Assembly (NCBI GenBank): GCA_050949565.1
Contig: JBMNFY010000017.1
Coordinates: forward strand, 1,120,001-1,184,000
Length of the DNA stretch: 64,000 nt
Reading direction: 5' to 3'
Source: Kiritimatiellia bacterium
GTDB lineage: Bacteria > Verrucomicrobiota > Kiritimatiellia > RFP12 > UBA1067
Shown: positions 50,228 through 64,000 of the stretch, piece after piece
Numbering within the stretch: the first letter of the stretch is position 1
Layout: each line of letters begins with the position of its first letter
Notes under the pieces: model-generated
Seen by the model: the letters and a program-made list of their open reading frames with translations, nothing else
Databases searched by the model: none
What the model was told of the DNA's origin: nothing
Program-made: the position numbers and the translations under genes

Positions 50228-50267
50228 AAAGAAAAGGGGGCCGCGGGTCTTGCGACCCGCGGCCCCC
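50228..50267 (-). terminator. rRNA operon terminator
   Basis: GGGGGCCGCGGGTC-GCAA-GACCCGCGGCCCCC followed by TTTTCTTT on the minus strand. Confidence 0.85.
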
Positions 50268-50277
50268 GCGATTAAAC

Positions 50278-50393
50278 CCCGGCGGCGTCCTACTCTCCCA
50301 CAGGCGCGTCCTGCAGTACCCTCGGCGATGGGGCCCTTCACTTCCGTGTTCGGGATGGGAACGGGTGTTGCCTCCCCTCCGTGGCCACCGGGA
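50278..50393 (-). rRNA. rrf: 5S rRNA
   Basis: Plus strand shows CCTACTCTCCC..CTTCCGTGTTCGGGATGGGAACGGGTG, the reverse complement of the 5S core. Confidence 0.95.
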
Positions 50394-50521
50394 AAACCCG
50401 GCCCGGGCCCTCCGGCCCGGAAAATAAAGACAACGCACAGTCAGGGCGGCAGCAAGAGCCGCGCCGCAAGCGGAAGGGCGGGGATCGCGCCCCCGGCCTT
50501 CAATCAAGTGAAGTTGGAAAA

Positions 50522-53427
<2,906 letters not shown>

Positions 53428-53576
53428 GAAGATCGAAACCCTCGCCAATCTCGCTTACGTTGCAACTCTTAAATTGATACCCAGACTGTGCAGTTGTCAA
53501 AGATCAAAACCCGCCCCGCAAACGGGGCAGGAAAACCATGCCGGCCGCGCCTTGCCGAGAGAACCCTTCCGCTGAG

Positions 53577-53653
53577 TGGTGGGCGTGCCTGGAATCGAAC
53601 CAGGGACCTCGTCCTTATCAGGGACGCGCTCTAACCGACTGAGCTACACGCCC
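53577..53653 (-). tRNA. tRNA-Ile (GAT)
   Basis: GGGCGTGTAGCTCAGTCGGTTAGAGCGCGTCCCTGATAAGGACG..GGTTCGATTCC..CCA. Confidence 0.97.
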
Positions 53654-53773
53654 GCTTCCGGGGCGCCGGCGCTCCCTCCGGGATTTAGGAGTTAGGATTT
53701 AGGATTCAGGAATTGAAAAGCGCCGCATGCGCGGCAACCACAAATCCCGAACCCCAAACCACAAACCCCGTGG

Positions 53774-53849
53774 TGGTGGAGGCAGCCGGGCTCGAACCGG
53801 CGGCATCCAGCTTGCAAAGCTGGCGCTCTACCAACTGAGCTATGCCCCC
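53774..53849 (-). tRNA. tRNA-Ala (TGC)
   Basis: GGGGGCATAGCTCAGTTGGTAGAGCGCCAGCTTTGCAAGCTGG..TCCACCA. Confidence 0.97.
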
Positions 53850-54021
53850 GGCGCGGGGCGTCTCTCTCGACGCGTGTCCAGGCGCTTCGCGGCGGGCCGC
53901 CTCTGCGGCCCGGGGGGGGTGCGGGAGAATCATCCGCCTGCTTCGCTTCCGTCCGGACGCCCTCTTTGAAAAAGGGCGTTCCACCTTCGGCCGCCGCCTC
54001 CCGGCGGGGCCTGTCTCCTTA

Positions 54022-55577
<1,556 letters not shown>

Positions 55578-55806
55578 AATAATCTCGCGAAGGCGCCGCG
55601 CCAGAGCCCGCAGGCCCCGCGCCGCGCGCCTTCTCTCATTTTCGATTCCGGACAGGTTCGTCACAAGCTTCCTATTCTCCCGCATCCCCGCCGGCCCGCC
55701 TCTGAAAAGATTCGGGACCCGACGCGGTTCAGCGCCTGAACGACCGGATGTCATAGAGCAATTTCGCGCCGCGCGGCGTCGCCGCCTTCTGCAAGCGCGG
55801 GTTGGG

Positions 55807-55967
55807 ACTTTAGCAAAAAAGCCGGAGCCCTGTCAACCCCCCGGCGGAAAAAATCGCGGAAAAACCGCAACCCCCTCCGCCGCCCCCCCGGCGCCCCGGG
55901 CGGCGCGCGCCGCCTGGTGCCCCGGAAAGAGCCGCACACATTACCACAGCCCCGCCAAGGGAGTCAA
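55807..55967 (-). promoter_or_regulatory. tandem rRNA promoters (P1/P2-like)
   Basis: TTGACT-18-TAATGT (55967-55938) with an AT-rich upstream tract, and TTGACA-18-TAAAGT (55836-55807). Confidence 0.65.
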
Positions 55968-56177
55968 CGGGGAAAATGAAAATTTTTCAGGATTTTTTTG
56001 CAGTTCGTTAGTGCGTTAGTTCATTAGTGCATGAGTTTGGTCGCGGGGCTCCGCGCCGCGCGCGGAAGGTGTGGCAAGTGAATCGAGTGAATCGTCCACG
56101 ACGTCCACAATGTCAATCAGATCCAAAAGGCGATTTCGTAGCGATCCCGATACCGATTAAACAAGCGCATTAATGCA

Positions 56178-57500
56178 CTACAAACTCCCGGTATCAATCG
56201 GGATGTCGTCGGTGTCGAACGGGGGCGTTACGGCCTCACCTCCGACCATCACGGCTTCCTTGCGGGTGGTCGGGAGGTAGCGGTAGTAGACCATGAGTTG
56301 GAGGGCGGCCAGACAGGTATCCATTACCGGACGGTCGGAGTGGGCGTCGGCATTCTCCCACCAGCCGATGTCGCGGTCGATGCCTTTGGCGTCCTTGATG
56401 GCGTTCTCTTCGACGAGTTGCGCCTTGACGTAGCGCGGCTTCATGGCCTTGTTCCAGTTATCCCAATGCCTGCCGCCTTGGTGAAACTTGCACTGAGTGG
56501 CGTAGTAGAAATAGTACTGCGGCGATGCCATCATGTAGAATCTGCGCTCCTCTTCGGGAACCGACGCGTAGCTTGAGAAGGTGGGTACCCAAGTATCGAT
56601 GACATCAAGCGCCTTCTTCACCTCGTTCTCGTTCGACGCGCCCAGAAGCTGCATGCAGAGACAGCCGACGCTGGTGAGACCGCCGGTGCCGGGGCCGATG
56701 TAGCCGAAGCCGCCAGAGGGATGAGCATTCGCCTTGAAACCCTTGACGGCGAGCTTCATGGCTCTCTCAAGGCCATTGACTTGGATCTTAGCGAGATGGG
56801 CGGCCTTCAACGCCTGAACGCACCAACCCATGAACGAGGTGTCGTCACGGAACCCACCATTGGCCTCCGGACCGGGATGCATCTTATACGTCCAGCCACC
56901 CGTGGGATGCTGTCCCTTGATGATTGGCACGAGCGCTTTTTCAGCGGCGGCCTTGACATCCGGGTTGAGGGTCATGCCATAGGCTTCGCACAATGCGTAG
57001 GTGGCAATCGGGTGGGCATATTCTCCATCGTCCATGCCGTTGAACTTACCGTCCGCGCGCTGGTTCTTGAGCAGGAATTCCAGCGCCTTCTGCACGGTCG
57101 CGCCGAACTCCCGAGAATCTCTGGGGGGTTCGCCGTGGGCTAGGAAGGTCAGGATTGCGAGACCGGTCATGGCGATTTTCTGCTGCGGCCAGGAACCGTC
57201 GGGCTGCTGGTTCTTTTTGAGCCAGCGCAGCGCGCGCATGAGGGCTTCTTCCCTCTGACAGTAGCCGGGACAAACAACTCTTATGTTATGTGCGCCGATG
57301 TTGCGGTTGCGGATGTCGCCAAAAAGGTTTGTGATGATGACGGGGCCGGAGAGCACAACCACATCAGACGTCTGCGGCTGGGGATTCTTCCGGATTTCGA
57401 TGATACCGTCCTCACCCGCACGACTGGACACGACGGTCAGCAGCCCAACGGCAAACAGCAGCACTTTGAGATGGGCATTTGTTTTTAGGAGTTCTTTCAC
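56178..57500 (-). CDS. prenyltransferase/squalene oxidase repeat-containing protein
   Basis: RALRWLKKNQQPDGSW, TGLAILTFL, QHPTGGWTY, SGGFGY, YYRYLP; start probably the GTG at 57500. Confidence 0.8.
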   Translation of the reverse strand: MKELLKTNAHLKVLLFAVGLLTVVSSRAGEDGIIEIRKNPQPQTSDVVVLSGPVIITNLFGDIRNRNIGAHNIRVVCPGYCQREEALMRALRWLKKNQQPDGSWPQQKIAMTGLAILTFLAHGEPPRDSREFGATVQKALEFLLKNQRADGKFNGMDDGEYAHPIATYALCEAYGMTLNPDVKAAAEKALVPIIKGQHPTGGWTYKMHPGPEANGGFRDDTSFMGWCVQALKAAHLAKIQVNGLERAMKLAVKGFKANAHPSGGFGYIGPGTGGLTSVGCLCMQLLGASNENEVKKALDVIDTWVPTFSSYASVPEEERRFYMMASPQYYFYYATQCKFHQGGRHWDNWNKAMKPRYVKAQLVEENAIKDAKGIDRDIGWWENADAHSDRPVMDTCLAALQLMVYYRYLPTTRKEAVMVGGEAVTPPFDTDDIPIDTGSL

Positions 57501-57534
57501 TTCTTCTTTCTTCGTTTGACCTTCGGCGTTCAAA

Positions 57535-57621
57535 AGCGGCGGCGTGGAACGCCGCCCGGACGAGCAGACGCTCGTCCCTTCCGCGTAGCGGAAGGCGGCT
57601 CGTGAGGACACTCGCCCTCCA
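57535..57621. repeat. mosaic of REP-like elements (families A, B, C)
   Basis: GCGGCGTGGAACGCCGC hairpin, GGACGAGCAGACGCTCGTCC, CCTTCCGC..GCGGAAGG hairpin, and the reverse complement of the 29916 repeat core. Confidence 0.7.
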
Positions 57622-57676
57622 GCCTTCGCGTCGCCTCACGATTGCGAGCCACTACGTGGCCGCAATAAGAGAGGTT

Positions 57677-58013
57677 GACTCGCGACCCGCGACTTGCGAC
57701 TTGCGGCTCCTGAATCACAAATCACAAATTCCAAAAGCCTATTCGCGTCATTCGCGTTATTCGCGGTTCCAACCCGAGCAGCGCCTGGATAAAAAACCGA
57801 ACCATGAAACACATGAAACTTCATGAAAATCAGGGGCTCTCACCTTGGCGTTCTTGGTGCCTTGGCGGTTCCAAAACCCCGAGCCATGCCCCAAAAACTC
57901 CGTGCCTCTGTGGTGAGAAAAAACCCGTGCCGTCAATCGTCCACCAGAGGCGATCCCGATAGCGATGGAATCTTGAAACCTTGGAACCCCGAAACCCTGA
58001 AACCTCGAAACCC
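57677..58013. repeat. stack of different 6-9 nt periodic tandem motifs
   Basis: GACTTGC x4, AATCACA x3, ATTCGCGTx x3, CATGAAAC x3, CTTGGCG x3, CGATxx x3, GAAACC 8-mer x5 (all imperfect). Confidence 0.7.
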
Positions 58014-58023
58014 ATCCGTCGCT

Positions 58024-59367
58024 TTAGCGCGGCTTAAGCCGCGCAAGGTTGGCGAGCGTGGCTTCGATCAGACGGTCTGCCGTATCTTCGCGGGGCGCGC
58101 CGCCCACGACCGGCAGGGTCTCGTACCCGCCGCGCACGAAGCATGCGGACAGCGGCACATACCCGCATGCCCCCATCGCCAACGCCACAGGCCAGGTGGT
58201 CCTGAATGGCGAACGTCGTTTGATGGCCAGCCCCACTTCTGTAAAGGGTTCGCCCGGCAGCGAAGTGACCGCGAAACGGTCGCCGAACGCCAGGGTCACT
58301 AGTTGGAAGAGACGCCGTCGCCCTGAGCAGTGTGCGCGATAGGCCAGCGTCTGCTCAGCAAAGAAGCGCGCAACCGCCCCCTCGCCCGAAGCGAGTCCTT
58401 CGCTCGTCAAGTCGCCGCCGCCCGCACCGGCGGAACGTACACGCGCCAACACCGCGCGTGCCGCATCGCAGCTCGCGTCCGACAGCGCGCGATACGGGAT
58501 CGTAATCGTGCGCGACGCACGGCGGAATGCGCCAGACGGCAACGGCTTGAGCCGTCCCAGCAGCGATACCACGCGCTCGGCGTAGCCGCGCCCCAACTCG
58601 CAGACTTTTTCGTACGCGTATCCTTGCGGCGTGTCGGCGTTGACATCGATGTGGTTCACGTTGCCCGCACAGCCGATCAGCGTCATCACCAGCGGATCGT
58701 AGCCCAGTGCGTTCTGCACCGCGCGCTCCATGCGTCCCGGCCAGTCCGCCGAAACCAGACTGGCGCCCACCGTGTCGGTGTGGTTGACGATGTTGGCCAG
58801 CAACGCCGTCACCCGTCCCTCCTGCTCGACCGCCAGCACGCCGATCTCGCGATCCACCGGCCCTTCCGGTTTGACGATGTTAGGATTTTTGACGCCGGGA
58901 TTGGTGGTCACGCCGCCGCCCTTCATCCAGTAGCGCCGGTTGAAGGCGAACGGGTTGTCACGCACGCTGCCCAGACGCAGGACAGCGGGCGCAAGGTTCT
59001 GTTCGGCGGTCAGAACCATCTCGACCGTCTTGTCGGCAACCTGCTGCAAGTAGGCGGAATCAGGCGACGTGCCGAAGAGCGTTGTCATGTACGGCGCGGT
59101 GTGCGTGTGCGTGGCGCTGAAGATCAGACCGCGTCCATGCCGAAAGCCAGCGGACGCGAGACGCGCCTGCAGCTCAGCGACGAACTCGCCGCTGAGCATG
59201 CAGACATCGAAGGAGACAAATCCACCTACGGTGCGCCCCTCGCGAAAGAGCACGCAGCGCACATGGAGGTCATCCAGCACGCCGGTGTTGGGCCGCGGAT
59301 TGAAGTACCCCGCCAGCGGCAAGCCGCGCGGCGGCGTGATGATCGTTTTAGCAAACCCGACGTCCAT
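58024..59367 (-). CDS. neutral/alkaline ceramidase-like amidohydrolase
   Basis: VGFAKTIITPP, ATHTHTAP, FNRRY, GPVDREI, SADWPG, LPGEPF, GGYE. Confidence 0.75.
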   Translation of the reverse strand: MDVGFAKTIITPPRGLPLAGYFNPRPNTGVLDDLHVRCVLFREGRTVGGFVSFDVCMLSGEFVAELQARLASAGFRHGRGLIFSATHTHTAPYMTTLFGTSPDSAYLQQVADKTVEMVLTAEQNLAPAVLRLGSVRDNPFAFNRRYWMKGGGVTTNPGVKNPNIVKPEGPVDREIGVLAVEQEGRVTALLANIVNHTDTVGASLVSADWPGRMERAVQNALGYDPLVMTLIGCAGNVNHIDVNADTPQGYAYEKVCELGRGYAERVVSLLGRLKPLPSGAFRRASRTITIPYRALSDASCDAARAVLARVRSAGAGGGDLTSEGLASGEGAVARFFAEQTLAYRAHCSGRRRLFQLVTLAFGDRFAVTSLPGEPFTEVGLAIKRRSPFRTTWPVALAMGACGYVPLSACFVRGGYETLPVVGGAPREDTADRLIEATLANLARLKPR

Positions 59368-59373
59368 TGATCC

Positions 59374-60444
59374 TTAATCCTTCACCGCGACCGTACGCCC
59401 GCCCCGGCGTGCCGAGCTATGCGCGGCCTCGCAGAGTTTCACATTGCGATAACCGTCGTAACCGGTCAGCGGCTGGCCGCTCAGCACGGAGTCGGCATGC
59501 TCGCGGATCACTCCCTGATAGATGTTCTCAGGACGCTTGATCGTCACACGCTGCTGGCGATCGAAGGTGTCCAGTTCCAACCGCATCTTGAACGGTTCGC
59601 CCGCGTGACCGGAGAGTTGGAAGAGTGTGCCGTATCCGCGCACCACGGCCTTGTCGCCATACACTTCGTAGCCGAGATTCGAGAGCGTCCCGCCGAGACC
59701 ACCGCGCAGATCGCAGAATGAAACGAGCGCCGAGCAGGTGATGCCGTTCGCGAGGTCGCACTGAATCAGCGCGCCATCTTCAACCGCGATGGCCATACGC
59801 TTGGGATAGTAGACGGCGCGCACGGCGATGATGCGGCTGTCCAGCAGATACTCGGCCATGTAGAAGCAGTGGCTCGCGACATCACCGATCGGGCCGCCCA
59901 TTTCGGCACGGTCGGAGCAACGCCAACTCGCGGCATCGGCAGGGTCGTAGCCGTAGGCGAACTGCATGTGGAAGCAGGCATCGTTGACCGCGCCCAGTGC
60001 GCCCTCTTCAATCCATTTGCGTGCGTGGCGATTAAGGACGTTGTGAACCATCATGTGGTCGACCGATAGACTGAGCCCCTTTTTCTTGGCCAGCGCAACC
60101 AAGCTGCGGGCGTCGCGCGCTGTGGACGCCAGCGGCTTCTCCACGATCACCGCTTTGCCGGCTTCGAGCGCCTGCCGCGCAATCTCCGCGTGCGTCCGGT
60201 TGTTGGTCGCCACAAATACTGCGTCTATCGTCTGGTCGCGCAACACCGCCTCGGTGTCGCGGTACCACGTCAGGCCCAGCGCCTGCGCGGCGCGCCGCCG
60301 CTTCGTGTTGACATCCGTCGCGCCGATCAAAACCGCCTGCTTCAGCGGCTTGAAACGCGCGGCGTCACAAGCGAACCCCTCTTTCGCGATCCGGTTCTCC
60401 GCGATCCCGCCAAACCCAATCATAGCATATCGAACAGCTTTCAT
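59374..60444 (-). CDS. Gfo/Idh/MocA family oxidoreductase
   Basis: IGFGGIA, VATNNRTH, VIVEKPL, GGPIGDVASH. Confidence 0.88.
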   Translation of the reverse strand: MKAVRYAMIGFGGIAENRIAKEGFACDAARFKPLKQAVLIGATDVNTKRRRAAQALGLTWYRDTEAVLRDQTIDAVFVATNNRTHAEIARQALEAGKAVIVEKPLASTARDARSLVALAKKKGLSLSVDHMMVHNVLNRHARKWIEEGALGAVNDACFHMQFAYGYDPADAASWRCSDRAEMGGPIGDVASHCFYMAEYLLDSRIIAVRAVYYPKRMAIAVEDGALIQCDLANGITCSALVSFCDLRGGLGGTLSNLGYEVYGDKAVVRGYGTLFQLSGHAGEPFKMRLELDTFDRQQRVTIKRPENIYQGVIREHADSVLSGQPLTGYDGYRNVKLCEAAHSSARRGGRTVAVKD

Positions 60445-60469
60445 CTTTTCCTCCGTATCTGCGTGTTTC

Positions 60470-62128
60470 TCACTTACTCAGCGGATAAATCCCGGCGGCA
60501 TCAAACCATGCACGTTCGTCCGCCGCCTGCCGAACATTTAACATCATGACCAACTCGTCCGCGCCCTGCGGCACCTGCACCAAACCGAAGGCGCGCCGCC
60601 AGCCATCCGTCCCCACCGCATCGAAGCGGAACGATAAGCCGGGCAATGACCAATCCCACGCGCCAGCGCGTTTCCAGTAGACTGTGAGTGTACGCGCCGC
60701 CGCGCCCTGCGCGTACGCCTCCACAATAAACTCGCTACCGGGCGTGGCTGGAATCGAGGTGCCGAAACAACCTTGTTCGACACCGATGGCGCACAGCGAC
60801 CATGTGTCGCCCCGGCCTTTCTGCGTGTCGGTGCCGAAAACACCGGCGCGTTTTTTCTCCTCCTGCCAACTCCACCACCCGGTCGGCAGCACGCCCTTGC
60901 GGAAGGCCTCTCCGGCACCGGCTTTGTCCAACGTGCAGGCGCTGTTCTTGACGCCGTTGATCAACGTCCCGGCCCGACGCCGCCGCGCGACCCACTGATC
61001 CGCCCAGCGGTACGGATCGCGAATGCGCGCCAGCGTTTCGAGAAAGCCGGGCAATTTCATTTCCCAAGTGGGGTTCTTCTCTCGCGACGTTCCCTTCCAA
61101 GTGATCCAGTCCATCTTTTCGCCGTAGATCCAGATGTACTCCTGCGCCGCATCCAGTGCTTGGGAAACATTGAGACGCATGTGGTTGAGGCGCGAGCCGT
61201 CCACCTCGCCGAAATACCAAGGCGAGTTGGTCGGATTCGTGTACATGTCAAGGTAGAGCCCGAAACCGGCCAACACCTGCGTCTGGTACTTGATGCGGTT
61301 CGTCGGCTCCACCAGCGCCAGCGCCTTGTTCTGCGTGCGCCAAGCGGCGAGATAGAAATCATTGCGCGCCGCCTGATAACGGTAACCGTGCTCGTCGCCG
61401 TCGATCATGCGGGCACCGGGCGGCAACTCATCCAGCATGCCGTTGAGAAAGGCGGGCCACAGGTCGCCGACTGTGGCAACAGCCGCGCGCGGATTGCTGT
61501 CTGTGAAGTAGCTCGGGTGCAGGCTCAGCATCCAGAATGACAGCAAGGTGACATCGGGATATTCAGCCGCAATGCTCCGCATGATCTGCGCCCCGCGCCG
61601 ACGTGCCAGCGCGGCGGTCTCCGCAAAGGGCGCGTCGCTGGACGCCAGAAAATACTGGCGCGTTTCGGGATAGTCTTCCGGGTCAATCAGGATGCCTTTC
61701 GACCCGCTCTCTTTAGCCAGCCACGCCACGACCCCGATACTGCGGGCGAAACGCTCCCACGCCTCATCATCACTCCACGCCAACCGCTTGCGCGGTGCCC
61801 AGAACGTGGTGATGAAGTTGTGCTTCAGATTACGCGACGAGCATTGACGCAACGACGCGAGTTCTTCCGTGAACCACTCCCGCTGCCACGGCGGATCGGT
61901 CATGATCGTGCCGAAGCTGATCGACGTGCCGTCCGGCAGTTTTTTTCGCAGCGCCAGCGAGATACCGTCAAGCGGCACCTGCTCCCAGGCGTCAAGATTC
62001 CGCGCCACATCGGCCGGGCTCACGCCCAGTAGATCCCAGCTATGCCCGATCATTTTCTTTTCGACGCCGCACACGCTCAACGCCGCAGCACAGAATACCA
62101 ACGCGCACCATCTATACCTCATTGCCAT
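60470..62128 (-). CDS. secreted hypothetical protein (hydrolase-like barrel plus CBM-like C-terminus)
   Basis: Signal peptide; KGILIDPEDY, IDGDEHGY, YIWIYGE; AAGGAGG RBS. Confidence 0.6.
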   Translation of the reverse strand: MAMRYRWCALVFCAAALSVCGVEKKMIGHSWDLLGVSPADVARNLDAWEQVPLDGISLALRKKLPDGTSISFGTIMTDPPWQREWFTEELASLRQCSSRNLKHNFITTFWAPRKRLAWSDDEAWERFARSIGVVAWLAKESGSKGILIDPEDYPETRQYFLASSDAPFAETAALARRRGAQIMRSIAAEYPDVTLLSFWMLSLHPSYFTDSNPRAAVATVGDLWPAFLNGMLDELPPGARMIDGDEHGYRYQAARNDFYLAAWRTQNKALALVEPTNRIKYQTQVLAGFGLYLDMYTNPTNSPWYFGEVDGSRLNHMRLNVSQALDAAQEYIWIYGEKMDWITWKGTSREKNPTWEMKLPGFLETLARIRDPYRWADQWVARRRRAGTLINGVKNSACTLDKAGAGEAFRKGVLPTGWWSWQEEKKRAGVFGTDTQKGRGDTWSLCAIGVEQGCFGTSIPATPGSEFIVEAYAQGAAARTLTVYWKRAGAWDWSLPGLSFRFDAVGTDGWRRAFGLVQVPQGADELVMMLNVRQAADERAWFDAAGIYPLSK

Positions 62129-62150
62129 CATTCCTCCTTGTATTGTTACA

Positions 62151-64000
62151 TCACGCGCGCACCGCCGCACGGATACGGAGTAGCAAGCCTCCGCCGGCAA
62201 CGGCGGCGACCGCCAGCAGCACCGCGCCCCGCGCGAACTGGCCGTAAAGCAGATAGCCGGTACCAAAGAGCGACGCCCACACCAGCAGGCAGCCCAACAT
62301 CATGCAGAGTATGCCGTTGGGCACGTTCCAGCCTTCCGGCTCTGCCCCCTCCGGCACCGTCTCGAAGCGCCGCCAGCCCGGCCCTCCCGGACGGATCTTG
62401 CGGCAGAATTCCACCAGTGTGCGCTCCTCCACCGGCGGGGTCAGATAGGTCACGGTGACCCACGCTATCGTTGTGATGATAATGCCCAAGACCATTTTCC
62501 ACGAGGTGAAATCCATGATCTTCAGCCAACCGGCGTTCGACAGCGCCGCCTCGATCCCCAATGGTTCGGCGCAGAACTGGAAGAAGACCGCCACGATGAA
62601 CGACACCACCATCGCGGTGACCTCACTCCATACGTTGATGCGCCACCAGAACCAGCGCAGAATATAGAGCAGGCCGGTACCCGCGCCTACCTGCAGTAGC
62701 ACGTGAAAGATGGTCTTGACCGTCGTCATGTGAAAGGCAATCACCGCAGAGGCCAGCAGCATCACCAGCATGGTCACCCGCCCGACCAGCACTGCGTGGC
62801 GCGCCGAAGCCTGCGGGCGAAGGAAACGCAGATAGACGTCCTGCACCACATACGAGGAGCCCCAGTTGAGCAACGTTGCCACCGTCGACATGTAGGCCGC
62901 GATCAGTGACGCAACGATCAATCCCTGCCAGCCGCGCGGCATGCGCGCAACCATGCCGGGATAGGCGATGTCGTGGCCGAGATAGGTGTCATCCACGCGC
63001 GGGAAGGCGCGTGCCAACGACCCCACACCGCGCGCGTCCGCCCGGTGCAAGCGCACGTCCTCACGCAACTCAGGCGGCATCGCGGCTTTGTCGGTATCGT
63101 ACTGGCGCACCTCGGCCGCGTGATCTGTCAGCCAGGCCTGGGCCGCATCCTGCTCCGCTTGCGGCGTCAGCGGAAAGACCACCAGCGAGGCCAGCGCCAC
63201 CAGAATCCACGGCCACGGGCGCACCGCGTAATGCAGCACATTGAAAAGCAACGTGCCGCCAATCGCGTGGTTTTCATTACGGGCGGAAAGCATACGTTGC
63301 ACCACAAAACCGCCACCGCCCGGCTCCGCCCCCGGATACCAGACGTTCCACCACTGCACCGCGAGCGGCAGGATCAGCACCGTCATCAACGTCGAAAAAT
63401 CGTGCGTGGACGGCTGCAACATCGACAGCTTGGGCGCCACGGCGGAATGTGCGAACAACTGTGCCAGCGTGGTGCCGCCCTCGGCCATGCCGGAATTCAC
63501 CGCATAGACCGCTGCAAAGATAGCGCCGGTCATCGCAACGGCGAACTGGTAGAAATCGGCCCACATGGAACCGGTCAGACCGCCGAGCGTAGCGTAGATC
63601 GCAACGCCCGTCATCGAAAAGAATAGCGACATCCCCGGCGAGAGACCGAACATGATCTGGCCGATCTTGATCGCCGCCAGCGACACGCCGCCCAGAATGA
63701 TCAGGTTGTACACCACCCCGAGATAGATCGCGCGGAAACCACGCAAAAACGCGGCGGGACGTCCGCTGTAACGGAGTTCGTAGAAACCAAGATCGGTGTC
63801 CAGCCCCGAGCGCCGCCAAAGTCCGGCATAAACAAACACCGTCAGCATGCCCGTCAGCAGGAAGGCCCACCACACCCAATTGCCCGCGACGCCGTTGAGA
63901 CGCACAATCTCGGTGATCAAATTCGGCGTGTCGCACGAGAAGGTACAGGCAACCATCGAGACGCCCAGCAGCCACCACGGCATGTTGCGCCCCGAAAGGA
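62151..64000 (-). CDS. sodium:solute symporter (SSS) family protein, 5' end outside the window
   Basis: GRNMPWWLLGVSMVA, ELRYSG, QRMLSAR, AAYMST, LRWFWWRIN. Confidence 0.92.
   Translation of the reverse strand, partial: LSGRNMPWWLLGVSMVACTFSCDTPNLITEIVRLNGVAGNWVWWAFLLTGMLTVFVYAGLWRRSGLDTDLGFYELRYSGRPAAFLRGFRAIYLGVVYNLIILGGVSLAAIKIGQIMFGLSPGMSLFFSMTGVAIYATLGGLTGSMWADFYQFAVAMTGAIFAAVYAVNSGMAEGGTTLAQLFAHSAVAPKLSMLQPSTHDFSTLMTVLILPLAVQWWNVWYPGAEPGGGGFVVQRMLSARNENHAIGGTLLFNVLHYAVRPWPWILVALASLVVFPLTPQAEQDAAQAWLTDHAAEVRQYDTDKAAMPPELREDVRLHRADARGVGSLARAFPRVDDTYLGHDIAYPGMVARMPRGWQGLIVASLIAAYMSTVATLLNWGSSYVVQDVYLRFLRPQASARHAVLVGRVTMLVMLLASAVIAFHMTTVKTIFHVLLQVGAGTGLLYILRWFWWRINVWSEVTAMVVSFIVAVFFQFCAEPLGIEAALSNAGWLKIMDFTSWKMVLGIIITTIAWVTVTYLTPPVEERTLVEFCRKIRPGGPGWRRFETVPEGAEPEGWNVPNGILCMMLGCLLVWASLFGTGYLLYGQFARGAVLLAVAAVAGGGLLLRIRAAVRA

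Overview
About 60% GC bacterial DNA. The 16S 5' end and gene content point to the PVC superphylum, probably Kiritimatiellae (inference). Most of the window is a polysaccharide-degrader repertoire: heparinase II/III-like lyase, GH36 alpha-galactosidase, DUF5696/DUF6259-like hydrolases, RhaT and SSS transporters, several Tat-signal enzymes and FGE-sulfatase-domain proteins. It also holds a truncated giant adhesin, a full F-type ATP synthase operon with a frameshifted atpF, and a complete rRNA operon (16S-Ala-Ile-23S-5S, minus strand). Two lower-GC islets carry defence remnants. The 4.2-7.5 kb islet has a collapsed RadC/type I R-M remnant, DUF2188, an IS4-like fragment, a candidate sRNA and an XRE-ImmA/IrrE protein with an antitoxin-like tail overlapping a PemK/MazF toxin; this is the best candidate for an undescribed system. 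The 39.2-40.8 kb islet has a PD-(D/E)xK-like protein and a truncated BstYI/BglII nuclease. Intergenic regions contain many REP-like palindromes and stacks of 6-9 nt periodic motifs. No CRISPR array, reverse transcriptase or intact transposase was seen. All family calls come from motif recognition, not database searches.
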